Assembly: GCA_002104945.1 (NCBI GenBank)
Contig: MCFH01000011.1
Coordinates: 744,001 to 808,000 of the forward strand
Source of the DNA: Piromyces finnis finn
Lineage: Eukaryota > Fungi > Neocallimastigomycota
Direction of reading: 5' to 3'
Length of the DNA: 64,000 nucleotides
A model generated the notes under the pieces. The model was given only the letters and a program-made list of their open reading frames with translations, searched no databases and was not told the DNA's origin. A program made the position numbers and the translations under genes. Position 1 is the first letter of the stretch. Every line of letters begins with the position of its first letter. Positions 49,819-61,362 of this stretch are shown piece by piece.

Positions 49819-51057
49819 TTATGTAGAGCTTGCATTGACTTCTACTAAATCAGAGAATATAGTTGGTTTAGTCCATGATGCTACTAAATCATCTTCAGAT
49901 GTTACCGATTGATAGTTACATGGAAGATCCCATATATTTACCTTTTTGATACATTTAACTAATAATTTACCAGGTAATGTACCTACAATTGTACCATCAC
50001 TACGTTGATTGTCTTCAGTTGCAACTTGACCTTCAAAACCGAATAAAGTTGCTTGTGTAATACCACCAATACCCATTTTATTATTAGTATGTCTAGTTTC
50101 TCTAGGGTATAATAAACTAGCATTGGTTATCTTCTTTTTTGGATTGTATATAACCACGTGATGGTGTGATGATCCGGGTGGTAAAATGATTTTTTTCATA
50201 CCTTTAACTTTCCAAATCGTGTTAAATAAATGATAGTCCGTTGGTTTCATACCAACAGTATTCCAATATGTACCCATTTCGAGTGTAGGGTCTGCAACTT
50301 GCCATGTTGGGGCAGAACCTCCATCGGTCATAGATTTTGAACCCTTTTGCATACAAGCTTCAGGGGCACTATTACCATCATTATTAGCATCAGAATATGC
50401 TATTTGATGTGGTGTATCACATTTACAAATTAAATCGTAAATGTATACAGTCATTAAATAATTAGTTGGGTTATACAATTCGTAATGGAATGTACATTTA
50501 CCAACGTAAATACCAGCTGATGGGGAATTTCCCACGGCTTTATTATTGGTTACTGTAGCAGAAACCCCTTCTATACTCTGTGTCGGTAAGATTTTACGAC
50601 CTTGTAAATAAGTACATAAATTATTGAACTTTAAATGACAAACACTATACCAAATAGTTTTTGAGGCTGCACCAGCACCCATCCAAGAAAAACCAAATCT
50701 GTTTATATATTTGTTTTTAGTAGGGTTTGTTTTAAACAATTTGCGTAAAAATCGTTGTTCACGTGGTGTTCTACGTACTATCATACGTGTTGTAGTATGG
50801 GTTGTACCAGCAGCATTTCCTTTAACTGATTCGAATTGTCTATTGCCAATCTTACGATTTCTTCGTACAATCCTATCTCTTGCTCTACGTCCTAAATTTT
50901 GAGCCAATTGTCTTGCTTTATTACGCACCATCCTATTCCTCATTGCTCTTCGTAATACGTTACGTGCTACTACCGGTACTTTCCATAACGCTTGTCTTCC
51001 TATTTGTTGAATAGGATAATTTCTCGCTCTTCGTACAACTTGTTGTCGTTGGGGCAT
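49819..51057 (-). CDS. cap: CRESS-DNA virus capsid protein (412 aa)
   Basis: Arg-rich N-terminus (RRARN..RRAMRNRMVRNKAR..RRNRK); intact ORF divergent from the rep start across the origin, an ambisense layout. Confidence 0.85.
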   Translation of the reverse strand: MPQRQQVVRRARNYPIQQIGRQALWKVPVVARNVLRRAMRNRMVRNKARQLAQNLGRRARDRIVRRNRKIGNRQFESVKGNAAGTTHTTTRMIVRRTPREQRFLRKLFKTNPTKNKYINRFGFSWMGAGAASKTIWYSVCHLKFNNLCTYLQGRKILPTQSIEGVSATVTNNKAVGNSPSAGIYVGKCTFHYELYNPTNYLMTVYIYDLICKCDTPHQIAYSDANNDGNSAPEACMQKGSKSMTDGGSAPTWQVADPTLEMGTYWNTVGMKPTDYHLFNTIWKVKGMKKIILPPGSSHHHVVIYNPKKKITNASLLYPRETRHTNNKMGIGGITQATLFGFEGQVATEDNQRSDGTIVGTLPGKLLVKCIKKVNIWDLPCNYQSVTSEDDLVASWTKPTIFSDLVEVNASST

Positions 51058-51169
51058 TTTGATTGGTCAATCAAGTACATTCGTACATTATATGGATATT
51101 TATAGTAATTCCGCAAATTAAAGTTTAATTTAAAAAATTAATATAAATAGAGACTGGCAGGCAGGCATG

Positions 51170-51198
51170 GAGCGCTATATAATATTAAATTAGCGCTC
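51170..51198 (-). promoter_or_regulatory. Rolling-circle origin stem-loop with nonanucleotide TAATATTAT on the capsid strand
   Basis: Stem GAGCGCTA/TAGCGCTC with a 13-nt loop; + strand ATAATATTA (51179-51187) is TAATATTAT on the minus strand; outer GGCATG/CATGCC extension. Confidence 0.9.
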
Positions 51199-51201
51199 AT
51201 C

Positions 51202-51432
51202 ATGCCAGCTTTCGCATTAAGAAAACGTGACTTTGGATTAACTTATGCAGACTCACGTGATGTTACCAAAGAAGAATTATACTCTTGTTTACAACTATTA
51301 GTTATTGCTGACGCCCACGTAGATAAGTTAATGTTAGCCGAAGAAGTGGGTCACGTGATTGGAAAACGTCACTTCCATGCTTATATTAGGTTCACTAAAA
51401 GAGTAACAGTAAACGAGTTCAATTTTGTCATG
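51202..51432 (+). pseudogene. rep: CRESS Rep, N-terminal segment (RCR motifs I and II)
   Basis: DFGLTY (motif I), RHFHAYI (motif II); homology ends at TCATGT, whose ATG is in frame with the ATG at 35228. Confidence 0.9.
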
Positions 51433-54085
51433 TTATACCTAAACACGGATTTACTTTAGGAAATTGGTATTTTAAGGTTTTTCCGATTATTATTACAAAT
51501 AATTGGTTTTACTTAAAATTTACACGATGACCAATATGATTAGAATATTGGTTGAAAATTTGTTTAGGTTTTTCTTCTAGTCTTTTCCTAAACATTTTAT
51601 TTGTTAAGATTAGAACTCATTTATTTAACCTTATTTTTTAATAAAAATATAAATAAACACTCTTAAAATTCTTTAGAATTCAAGAGTTATTATTATAAGA
51701 AAAATTAATTATAATAAATAACAAATAATTTTATTTAATAAAAATTAATTAATAAAAAATCATATTATTAATAAAACATAATTCTTATACATTTTATTCT
51801 CATCCCTCTTCCCATTTGTGTTTTTGTTATTTATTATAAATTCTTATAATAAACTCGTTAAGTACTAGTTTTTTTAATTTCATATTTAATTTTTTATTAT
51901 TTCTTTCCATATACATAATTTAATATTAAATTTTAATATTGAGTTATCGACAAGTAATTGTATTATACTATTTAATATAAATATTATAATAAAATTACTA
52001 CACATTACATGGTCCTCCTGTAAAATATTGTATTAATAGAATAATGTTGTAACAACGCGAGAGACTAAGGTTAACACAATACTAATTAACTATTTTTTGT
52101 ATTAATAGTATATTTTATTAATAATTTGATTATTTAATATTATTAATACAAATTAACCTTAATACTAATTCTAAAGACTAAATTTACATGAATTTTATAA
52201 ATTATTTATATTTACTATTTATAAATATTCTTATTTAATAATTATGAATAAACATTATTCATATTGATTGGTAACTTCAATTATTTAAATAAAAAAGAAG
52301 AAATAGAAATAGACAAATATTATGGATTAAATATAGCGATTGCTATATTTAATTCATAATATATAGAACCCGGAGTCGAACACATGACAAGTAGGTCAGC
52401 ATCCAACAACCTGATGGCGAAGCCAGCTTAGAGAACCCCGAAATATATGATACGCTACTCACATAAAAACATAATAAAAACTAACTGAATAAACACGACT
52501 TAACCCATAGTAACTTATAATAAAAATAAACGATAATAACCCTTAAAAATGAATGAATAATAATTTTATGAAAATATAACCCTTTCTTAAATAAATAATA
52601 TTCTCTTTATTATATAATAAATTATGAGTAAAAAAAGACATAATAGTAATAATAATAAAATAAATTATTAAATAATATAAAACGACTTAATCCAATAATG
52701 TAATAAAATAATAAAATAATAATAAATAAATAAAAATGAATAAAAAAACTAAAAATAAAATAGTATACATCAAATTATTAATTCTAGTGTTTTGTCCAAG
52801 TGTTCTTTAGAAATTCTTTTAAATTTATAAATTAATAAATAACTAATTGAGTAATTATTACTAAAATGATAAACTTAAAACCTGGAAATAGAATAATAAT
52901 AACAATTCCAAAGATAAAATACAGAACTCTTTTATGTTTCTGTATAAAATGAGTGTTTATAATAATTGATTAATACTTTTAATATTTTAATTTTGTTAAA
53001 TTTTTATTTTAATTTTATTTTAATTTTAAATTTTAATTATTTTATTCAAGGTATTATACATTTAATGATAGTCAATGATAATTTATAATAATTTTTCTAA
53101 ATTTAAACATTTTGAAGTAATAAGAAAATCAAATAAGTAATATTCTATAATATTTTATAATACTAAGACATAATTTTAATTTATTCTTTTAATTTTAATA
53201 AATAATAACAATAGCAATAATAATATTTAATAGTTAAAAATAATAATACCAAATGAAAATGTATAAAAGGAAGATAAAATTCTTCTTTATAAAAAGGGGA
53301 CAATAAATAGAGAATAAAAAGACAATAAACAGATAATAAATAAATTATAAAATATAATAAAGATTTAATTTAAAACATAATAAGAGTTTATTTTCGAGTT
53401 TTGAGTGATTTATTTGTTAATTATAAAACATATTTTTATTTTATTTTAAATTTATTGTTTCATCATAATAATATAGAATTTACTATTTATTAAAAACATT
53501 ATATTATTCAAAAATATATCGGTCAACGCATCATATAATGATACAATAGAGAATATTATCTTAATTCTATATTTTACTATAGAAAGTGATAATATTTTAT
53601 CTAAAAAAAATAAGTAAGTGAAATAAATGATTTTTATACTTGTTCATTTGCAAGTATTAGTTAATTTTTAAAAATATAAAGTTTATTATATTTAATTATA
53701 AAATTATAATATTATTTAATAACTCTCGTATTATTAAATAATTAAGCATTAATACATCTTGTATGTATCATAGAAGTTATATAAAAAAATATTGTTTTAT
53801 TAAAATAAATATTTAATTTTTCTCTCTTGGATAATTAGTAACCATTTATTAAATTTAATATAATATATATAATTTTGACGGATTATTAGGAACATCTTTT
53901 AAAAAGAACATTTTCTATTACTAGTTATACAAAATTATTATTTTAAAGTATAATTATAAACAAATATAAACTATTTAATTTAAAAATAAATAAACAATTA
54001 AATAAACAAAAGTTTACATTTATAATTTTTAATTTAATAATTTTATACATGTTAAATATTTTAATTTTTATCTGTATTTTAATTA

Positions 54086-54120
<35 letters not shown>

Positions 54121-54988
54121 TTATAATTTATAAATTTAATTATTTATCAATAATTTCTTGGAAAAGGTACAAAACCTTTATACGTTACAATGCCCTCCTT
54201 CTAATGTCGGATTCCAGACGACATTGAATGCGGTTTGTCTGGAAACTTTTTGTGGAAAGCTTTCAGTAATTCGGGGGCATGTATATCTTCTGCATTTTCC
54301 CATGAACGATCTTCAGCAGGATATCCTTTCCAATCAACAAGATACTGAAGTGCTCCGTTGTTAATTCTAGAATCCAATATTTCGTTTACTTCATACTCTA
54401 GTTCATCGTTAACTAAAATGGGAGGCGGCTTCTGAATGTCTCGGTTTTCAAAGGTATTCTCAATATAGGGCTCGAGATTAGATATATGGAAAATGGGGTG
54501 TCTTCGGTCTCGTTTGGATAATTTTAACTTGAAATTTTGATTTTCCAAGCATTCAATAATTTCATATGGTCCCGATTTCCTAGGATCTAATTTCTTCACA
54601 TTTGTTTTTCCTTTGGGATAGAGCAACCATACTTTGTCGCCTACATTTAAACTGGGAGGCTCTTGTTTTTTCTTATCAGCATATTCTTTAAACTTTTCTT
54701 GGGCTTCTTTCATATTTTCCTTTAGTTTGTCAAGTGTCGTACCAATGTCACATACAACCTTTTCCGTTTCAGGAACTAAGGACGTTATTGGAAGATCAAT
54801 TAAGAATTCTAGATCATATTTTAAGTTGGCCTTGAAAGGTGACATTTTAATGGATTCCTGAATAGCATTGTTATAGGCAAATTCTGCGAGTGAAATATAC
54901 GAACTCCAGTCAGAATGTTTACTGTTAGTGAAACACCTGAGATACTGTTCAATTATACTATTAAGCCTTTCCGTTTGCCCATCAATCT

Positions 54989-55712
54989 TGTAAAGATATA
55001 AAGTATATCTTTAAATTATTTAATAATTAATTAATAATTATTGAATAATAATTTTGATATTTTAATGAAAAAATTGTTTATAAAATTTATTGTATAAATT
55101 TTATGGTATAATTAAATAAAGATTAATTTTAAAATATCAAAGTTACAAATGAAATTTGGATAAACATTTAAATTAATGGATAATTAAATTTAAATATTTT
55201 AAATATTCAAATTAAATCTTAAAAAGTTTTTATTTAATTAAAATTAGTTTAATAACTTTAGCGTAGTTTGAAATTAGCATTTTTAATTATAAATATATAA
55301 TAAATAGTATTGTTAATATTTAATTAATATATAGGTAATACATGGACTGTACTCAATTTGCAGTTTACTCAAATTGAATCAAAAGTGTATTTAATTAGTT
55401 TTAGTTTAGTTTTATTATTTTATTATTTAATTAAATTAGTATTAAATTAGTTTTGTTTATTTTATATTGAATATATGTATAATTAAATAGAATAGTATAT
55501 TAAAATATAATTTACGAAAAATATAAATGCATGTAAAATTTCTTGATTAAAACGATGTAATTGTTATTGACTATTATTTAGTTAATAACTAAATAAAATT
55601 AATAAAAGAGATATTTTTAAATAGATTTTGTTTTTTCTTGTTTCTTTTTATTTATTTCGTGTTTTATGTTTTATTGTAAAATTTTATAATCTGTTTTTTA
55701 TAAACTTTTACA
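54989..55712 (+). mobile_element. Solo LTR, family A
   Basis: TSD AATCT (54984-54988, 55713-55717). Confidence 0.92.
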
Positions 55713-56009
55713 AATCTGTTGGTGATGAGCAGTTGAAAGTTTGGATTCACAGTGCAGAAGCTTACAAAAATGTTGGAAGAATTTGGAATTGAATTGTCTA
55801 CCGCGATCTGATATAATTTCCTTTTGAATACCATGTAGTCTGAATACATTATCCAAGATAAGTTGTGCAGTTTTTTCAGCTGAGGGAAGCTTTCTAAGTG
55901 GAATGAAATGACCCATCTTCGATAATCTATCCACCACTGTTAGGATAGTAGAATAATTGTTCGATTTTGGTAGATCTGTAATGAAATCAAGAGATATTGA
56001 AGACCATTG

Positions 56010-56799
56010 TGTAAAGATATAATATATATCTTTAGATTATTTAATAATGAATTATTAATTATTAAATAATAAATTAATATTTAGTAAAACTGATTATAAA
56101 ATTTTTGAATAAATTTTATGGAATAATTTAATAATAAATTATTTTATAATAATTCCGTTAAATTTAAATTAAGATAAATATTTAAATTTAAGGAATAAAA
56201 GAATTTTAATTAAATTTAAATATTTCAAATATTTTAAATAATTAAAATATTTTTTTAAATACTTTTTATTTAATTTTAGAATAGATTATACTTTTTTATT
56301 TAAATTTAGAATAGTTTAATAATTTTAACTTAGTTTTAAAAATAGATTTATTTATATTTCAATAGGAAATATATTAAGAATAGTATTGATAATATTAAAT
56401 TAATTTATAGAAAATACATGGGCTTTATTCAATTTTGAGTTTACTCAAATTGAATTAAAAGTATAATGAATTAGTTTTAGTTTAGTTTTGTTATTTTATT
56501 ATTTAATTAGATCAGTGTTGTTTATTTTATATTAAATATATGTTTATTTAAATAGAATAATATATTAGAATATAATTATGAAAAAATATAAATACATGTA
56601 ATTTTTGTTTATTAAATCGATGTAATTGTTATTTTCAATTTTTTAATTATTAACTATTATATAGTTAATAATATTTTTTAAGAGTTTAAATAAAAATGTT
56701 TTTTTAAATAAAAATTTAATGTTTTATTTTTTATTTTTGTGTTAATAAAAATTGTTTTGTTTTAAGTATAAAATCTGTTTTAAATTTTATACTTTTACA
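56010..56799 (+). mobile_element. Solo LTR, family D
   Basis: TSD CATTG (56005-56009, 56800-56804). Confidence 0.92.
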
Positions 56800-57178
56800 C
56801 ATTGTTTTTCGGGTATTGAAAGTGGTTGAAGAAATCCATATGGTTTATGATTGCTGTTTTTGTTTCTATTACACGTATCACATGAATTTACAAATCTGCA
56901 TACATCCCTCAAGCTCTTCCACCAAAAGTTTCTACTAATAAGTTCGAGAGTTTTCTTAATACCAAAATGTCCGGAAGAAGGGGAATTATGATGGAATTGA
57001 AGAATTTCAACACGAAAGACTTCGGAAATGTAAATCTTAGAGTTGTAAAGAAGAATACCATCCTTGACAGTAAAAGGAGAATTTGGAAGATTAAGTCTTC
57101 TGGAGTTGTTTGTAGAATTGAAGTAAGGATCTGAAGGTAGGGCTGAACGAATCTTTTCTAATAGAGAGCTATCACTTA

Positions 57179-57538
57179 TGTAACGAAATATTATAATAAT
57201 AAACACACACACTCTAATGTAATCAAATATATATTTTTAATAATGTTTATTTATTAAATTTATTATTATAATACGACTAACTCGCTAGGTCAGTGTATTA
57301 TCAAACTAAAGACGAAACAAAAAAAACTAATTTTTATTAATTATTAATAAAAACACTAAAGAACTATTTTATCTTTCTTATTCTCTCTTTTATCCATGAA
57401 AAATATTTTTTTAATACAATTTGATAAGTGAACTAATTACTTAATGATTGGTTATAAAAATATAATTATGAAATTTTCATTAATCTAACCTTAATGATTT
57501 TCTAGTCTAACCCTTATCATTAGATATACCTCATTACA
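57179..57538 (-). mobile_element. Solo LTR, family H
   Basis: TSD ACTTA (57174-57178, 57539-57543); reverse complement of 11458-11826. Confidence 0.9.
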
Positions 57539-57989
57539 ACTTAGAGAAATAACGGAGGAAATGCTAGTGAAATTAGAAGTGTTAAGAATTGAATCTAAAT
57601 TAGAAACTTTTTGTTCATAATCAGGTCTACGAGACAAGCAATCAGCTCTATTCTTCGAACCAAGTTTGTATTTAATAACAAAATCAAAACGTGAGAATAG
57701 TCCATAATGAAAGGAACATTTTTCTTTAATAATCGAGTCAAGGGCGCAGCGATTTTTGAAAAATTTTTTATAAAGCTCCTGTAGTAATTACAGAGACCCA
57801 TGAATTGTTGATACTGGAATACTATATTTCTCAATAAAAAATTTGAAGATAGTGTTTTCAATAGCACCTGAATCAACCAAAATTGAGATATCGCATGGGT
57901 TGTTATTAATCATGAGGGTGAACGGGAAAATAAGGTATTTATCTAAGGAAATGAATGGATTATAAGATTTTGGATGGTGTGTATTATTG

Positions 57990-58713
57990 TGTAAAAGTTT
58001 ATAAAAAACAGATTATAAAATTTTACAATAAAACATAAAACACGAAATAAATAAAAAGAAACAAGAAAAAACAAAATCTATTTAAAAATATCTCTTTTAT
58101 TAATTTTATTTAGTTATTAACTAAATAATAGTCAATAACAATTACATCGTTTTAATTAAGAAATTTTACATGCATTTATATTTTTCGTAAATTATATTTT
58201 AATATACTATTCTATTTAATTATACATATATTCAATATAAAATAAACAAAACTAATTTAATACTAATTTAATTAAATAATAAAATAATAAAACTAAACTA
58301 AAACTAATTAAATACACTTTTGATTCAATTTGAGTAAACTGCAAATTGAATACAGTCCATGTATTACCTATATATTAATTAAATATTAACAATACTATTT
58401 ATTATATATTTATAATTAAAAATGCTAATTTCAAACTACGCTAAAGTTATTAAACTAATTTTAATTAAATAAAAACTTTTTAAGATTTAATTTGAATATT
58501 TAAAATATTTAAATTTAATTATCCATTAATTTAAATGTTTATCCAAATTTCATTTGTAACTTTGATATTTTAAAATTAATCTTTATTTAATTATACCATA
58601 AAATTTATACAATAAATTTTATAAACAATTTTTTCATTAAAATATCAAAATTATTATTCAATAATTATTAATTAATTATTAAATAATTTAAAGATATACT
58701 TTATATCTTTACA
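57990..58713 (-). mobile_element. Solo LTR, family A
   Basis: TSD TATTG (57985-57989, 58714-58718). Confidence 0.92.
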
Positions 58714-59416
58714 TATTGGTGGAAGGCTTAGCTTCAAAAGGGTTTGTACTAGAGTAAGATTTAGGCTCAGAATCTACTCTAGAAGTTAGTTTTTTGGAAC
58801 TTTAGGACAGGAAGTGACCAAATGATCCTTGACACCACAATACATACACAGACCTTGATCACGGCGTTTTTGTTTTTCTTCAGCAGATAAAGGATCACGT
58901 CTTTTAACATCAGATTGAGTGGAACGGGTAAAAGGATTTTGATCCTCATATCTCATCTTTCACACAAATGGATTATAAAAAGAAGCATCATAGTAATTTC
59001 TGGAAATATTATGTTTCTTAAGAAGGCTTGAGTCGATTATCATAGCTCTATGAAACGCAGCAAGAAGGGTTGGTATGTCCTCACCACTCATTAATAACTC
59101 GGCTTTGACTTCGTCATGCAATCCATCGATAAATTTTGAGACGAGGGCCGGTTGATTCCATCCAAGATGAATTGAGGCTTGTTCAAAATCTTTGATGTAT
59201 TGAGATACTTCGCCTATACGTTCTTGCTTCAATGCCATTGTAATGAATTAGAAAGGATTTATAATAGTATATCGGTAATGCTCTTACCATTAAACATGAA
59301 TGTCCCAAAGTCTTAGATACTAACCACTTAGACACTTTAGTTATTTCTAGTACTCTTTTTTAATAATTCCACTATATATTGTTATATAATAGAATTATTA
59401 GCTACAACTTATTAAT

Positions 59417-60133
59417 TGTAAAGATATAAGATATATCTTTAAATTATTTAATAATTAATTAATAATTATTAAATAAAAATTTTGATATTTTAATGGAAAT
59501 TATTTATAAAATTTATTCAATAAATTTTTTGAAATAATTAAATAATAATTAATTTTAAAATATCAAGGTTAAGAAATGAAATTTGGATAAATATTTAAAT
59601 TAATGGATAATTAAATTTAAATATTTTAAATATTCAAATTAAATCTTAAAAGGTTTTTATTTAATTAAAAATTAGTTTAATAACTTTAGTGTAGTTTTAA
59701 AATAATTTTTTTTAATAAGAAATATATTATAAATAGTATTATTAATATTAAAATAATATATAAATAATACATGGACTGTACTCAATTTGCAGTTTAATTA
59801 AATTGAATCAAAAGTGTATTTAATTTGTTTTAGTTTAGTTTTATTATTTTATTATTTATTTAAATTTATATTAAATTAGTTTTGTTTATTTTATATTAAA
59901 TATATGTATAATTGAATGAAAAATATATATAACGAATGTAAATGAAAAAACATATAAATACATGTAATTTTTTCCAAATTTTAAATAAACGTAGTTGTTA
60001 TTGACTATTATAGCTAATAACCTTTAAAAAGAAATATTAATTGAAATTTTTATTAATTTTAGTGTTTAATTTTTTTATATTTTTTGTGTTTTATTGTAAA
60101 AATAATAATCTGTTTTAAAATTATTATTTTACA
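59417..60133 (+). mobile_element. Diverged family A/D-like LTR inside a family E-like LTR fragment that starts at 59239
   Basis: Starts TGTAAAGATATAAGATATATCTTTAAA; colinear with LTR A; TSD imperfect. Confidence 0.7.
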
Positions 60134-61362
60134 TTTAATATATTATTCTATTTAATTTTAAGGCTAGAATTATATGGATTATACATTTGCATTATTCTTT
60201 TACATTACATGCTCTTACATTTGTTATATATTTACATTACATTCTTAAATATTATAGAAATAATATAATAATAAAAATATAAAATTTACTAATATAATAA
60301 TATGTTCAAGTCCTATTATTTTTTATATCATAAAATGAAATAAAATAAATAAAAAATAACTATCTCCAAAACACGTAGATATTATGTTTACAACATTTTT
60401 AATACAAGTTTACATTTTTATAAGATACTCATGTGTGTTCATAAATATATGATATAGATAAATAAAATTATGTGTCCATAAATGAAGTTATTAATAAAAA
60501 CATATATTATTTAAAGTTATATTCTTTCTACATAAAATTAATCCTTATTATATTAATACACACATGATATTATGTAAATAAATATTTCTATGTATAATTA
60601 GCATTATTTATGATAATAACATTATTTTATGTAAACCATAGGTTTAATGTGAACTATATTAATATATGTATACACATGACATTCAAACATATAAGTTTCA
60701 TCTATTTTATTTTCATTTAATAACAACAATAAATACATAAATACAATAAATACATAAATACAATAAATATATATATATGTATTTCCAAGTTATCTATTGA
60801 TGCTCAGATAAAATTCATTTTTATCTAAATTAATTATTTCAAATGTTACACAAATTTCTTTAATAATTTTCAAAAACATAAAATTATTATTAATATTAAC
60901 TTTATTTATTATAAAAAATTTTATGTTTTTGATAATTATTCATTAAGGTTAATATTATTGAGGGTAAAGAAAAAAAAGAATTAAGTTAACCACAGCAACA
61001 ATAATTAAACCATTATTAAAACTTTAACTTGGAAATGATTAAAAAAAAAAAAAAAAAAGAATTTAATAAAAGTTTACTTTTTAAAATATTTTAATTTAAT
61101 TTAATAATTATTATTGTTAAAACTTTTTTAATTATGAAATTAAATAAAATGTAATTTTTTTTTTTCTTTATTTTAAAACTATGTTTTAAATTATATTTAA
61201 TTATAATTTTATTTTTATAATTAGTTTGATATAATTAATTAAACGCTAATATTTAATAATATATAATAAAATAATAAAAAGCTGATCAAAGGGAATAAAA
61301 AAAGTATAAATAAAGCACTTTTTGATTTTTTATTAATTTTTAAAAAAAAAATTATAAAAAAA

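Larger units (their letters stand above)
35226..51433. mobile_element. Endogenous CRESS-DNA virus (genomovirus/geminivirus-like), complete circularly permuted genome; viral sequence is 35226-35718 plus 48681-51433
   Basis: Rep, capsid and origin all present; ends share TCATGT (35226-35231, 51428-51433); ~3240 nt when re-circularised. Confidence 0.9.
34704..52002 (+). mobile_element. Family F solo LTR (34704-35225 plus 51434-52002) split by the integrated CRESS virus
   Basis: Starts TGTAAGAAATAA, ends ...CTACA; TSD CATTA at 34699-34703 and 52003-52007; 51455-51720 is homologous to the family F copies at 30530-31530. Confidence 0.75.
54201..59238 (-). pseudogene. Internally deleted chromoviral Gypsy element carrying four solo-LTR insertions; PPT and 3' LTR start at ~54189
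   Basis: Gag with GLCMYCGVKDH..C knuckle (58720-59238); protease LVDSGA (~57870); short RT/RNase H remnants; integrase pieces; chromodomain EYEVNEILDSR..YLVDWKGY; PPT AGAAGGAGGG before TGTAACG. Confidence 0.9.

Noticed and set aside
51170-51198. Rep-mediated integration at the origin nick site
   Set aside because: The origin is intact and internal; the junctions lie ~240 nt away inside rep.
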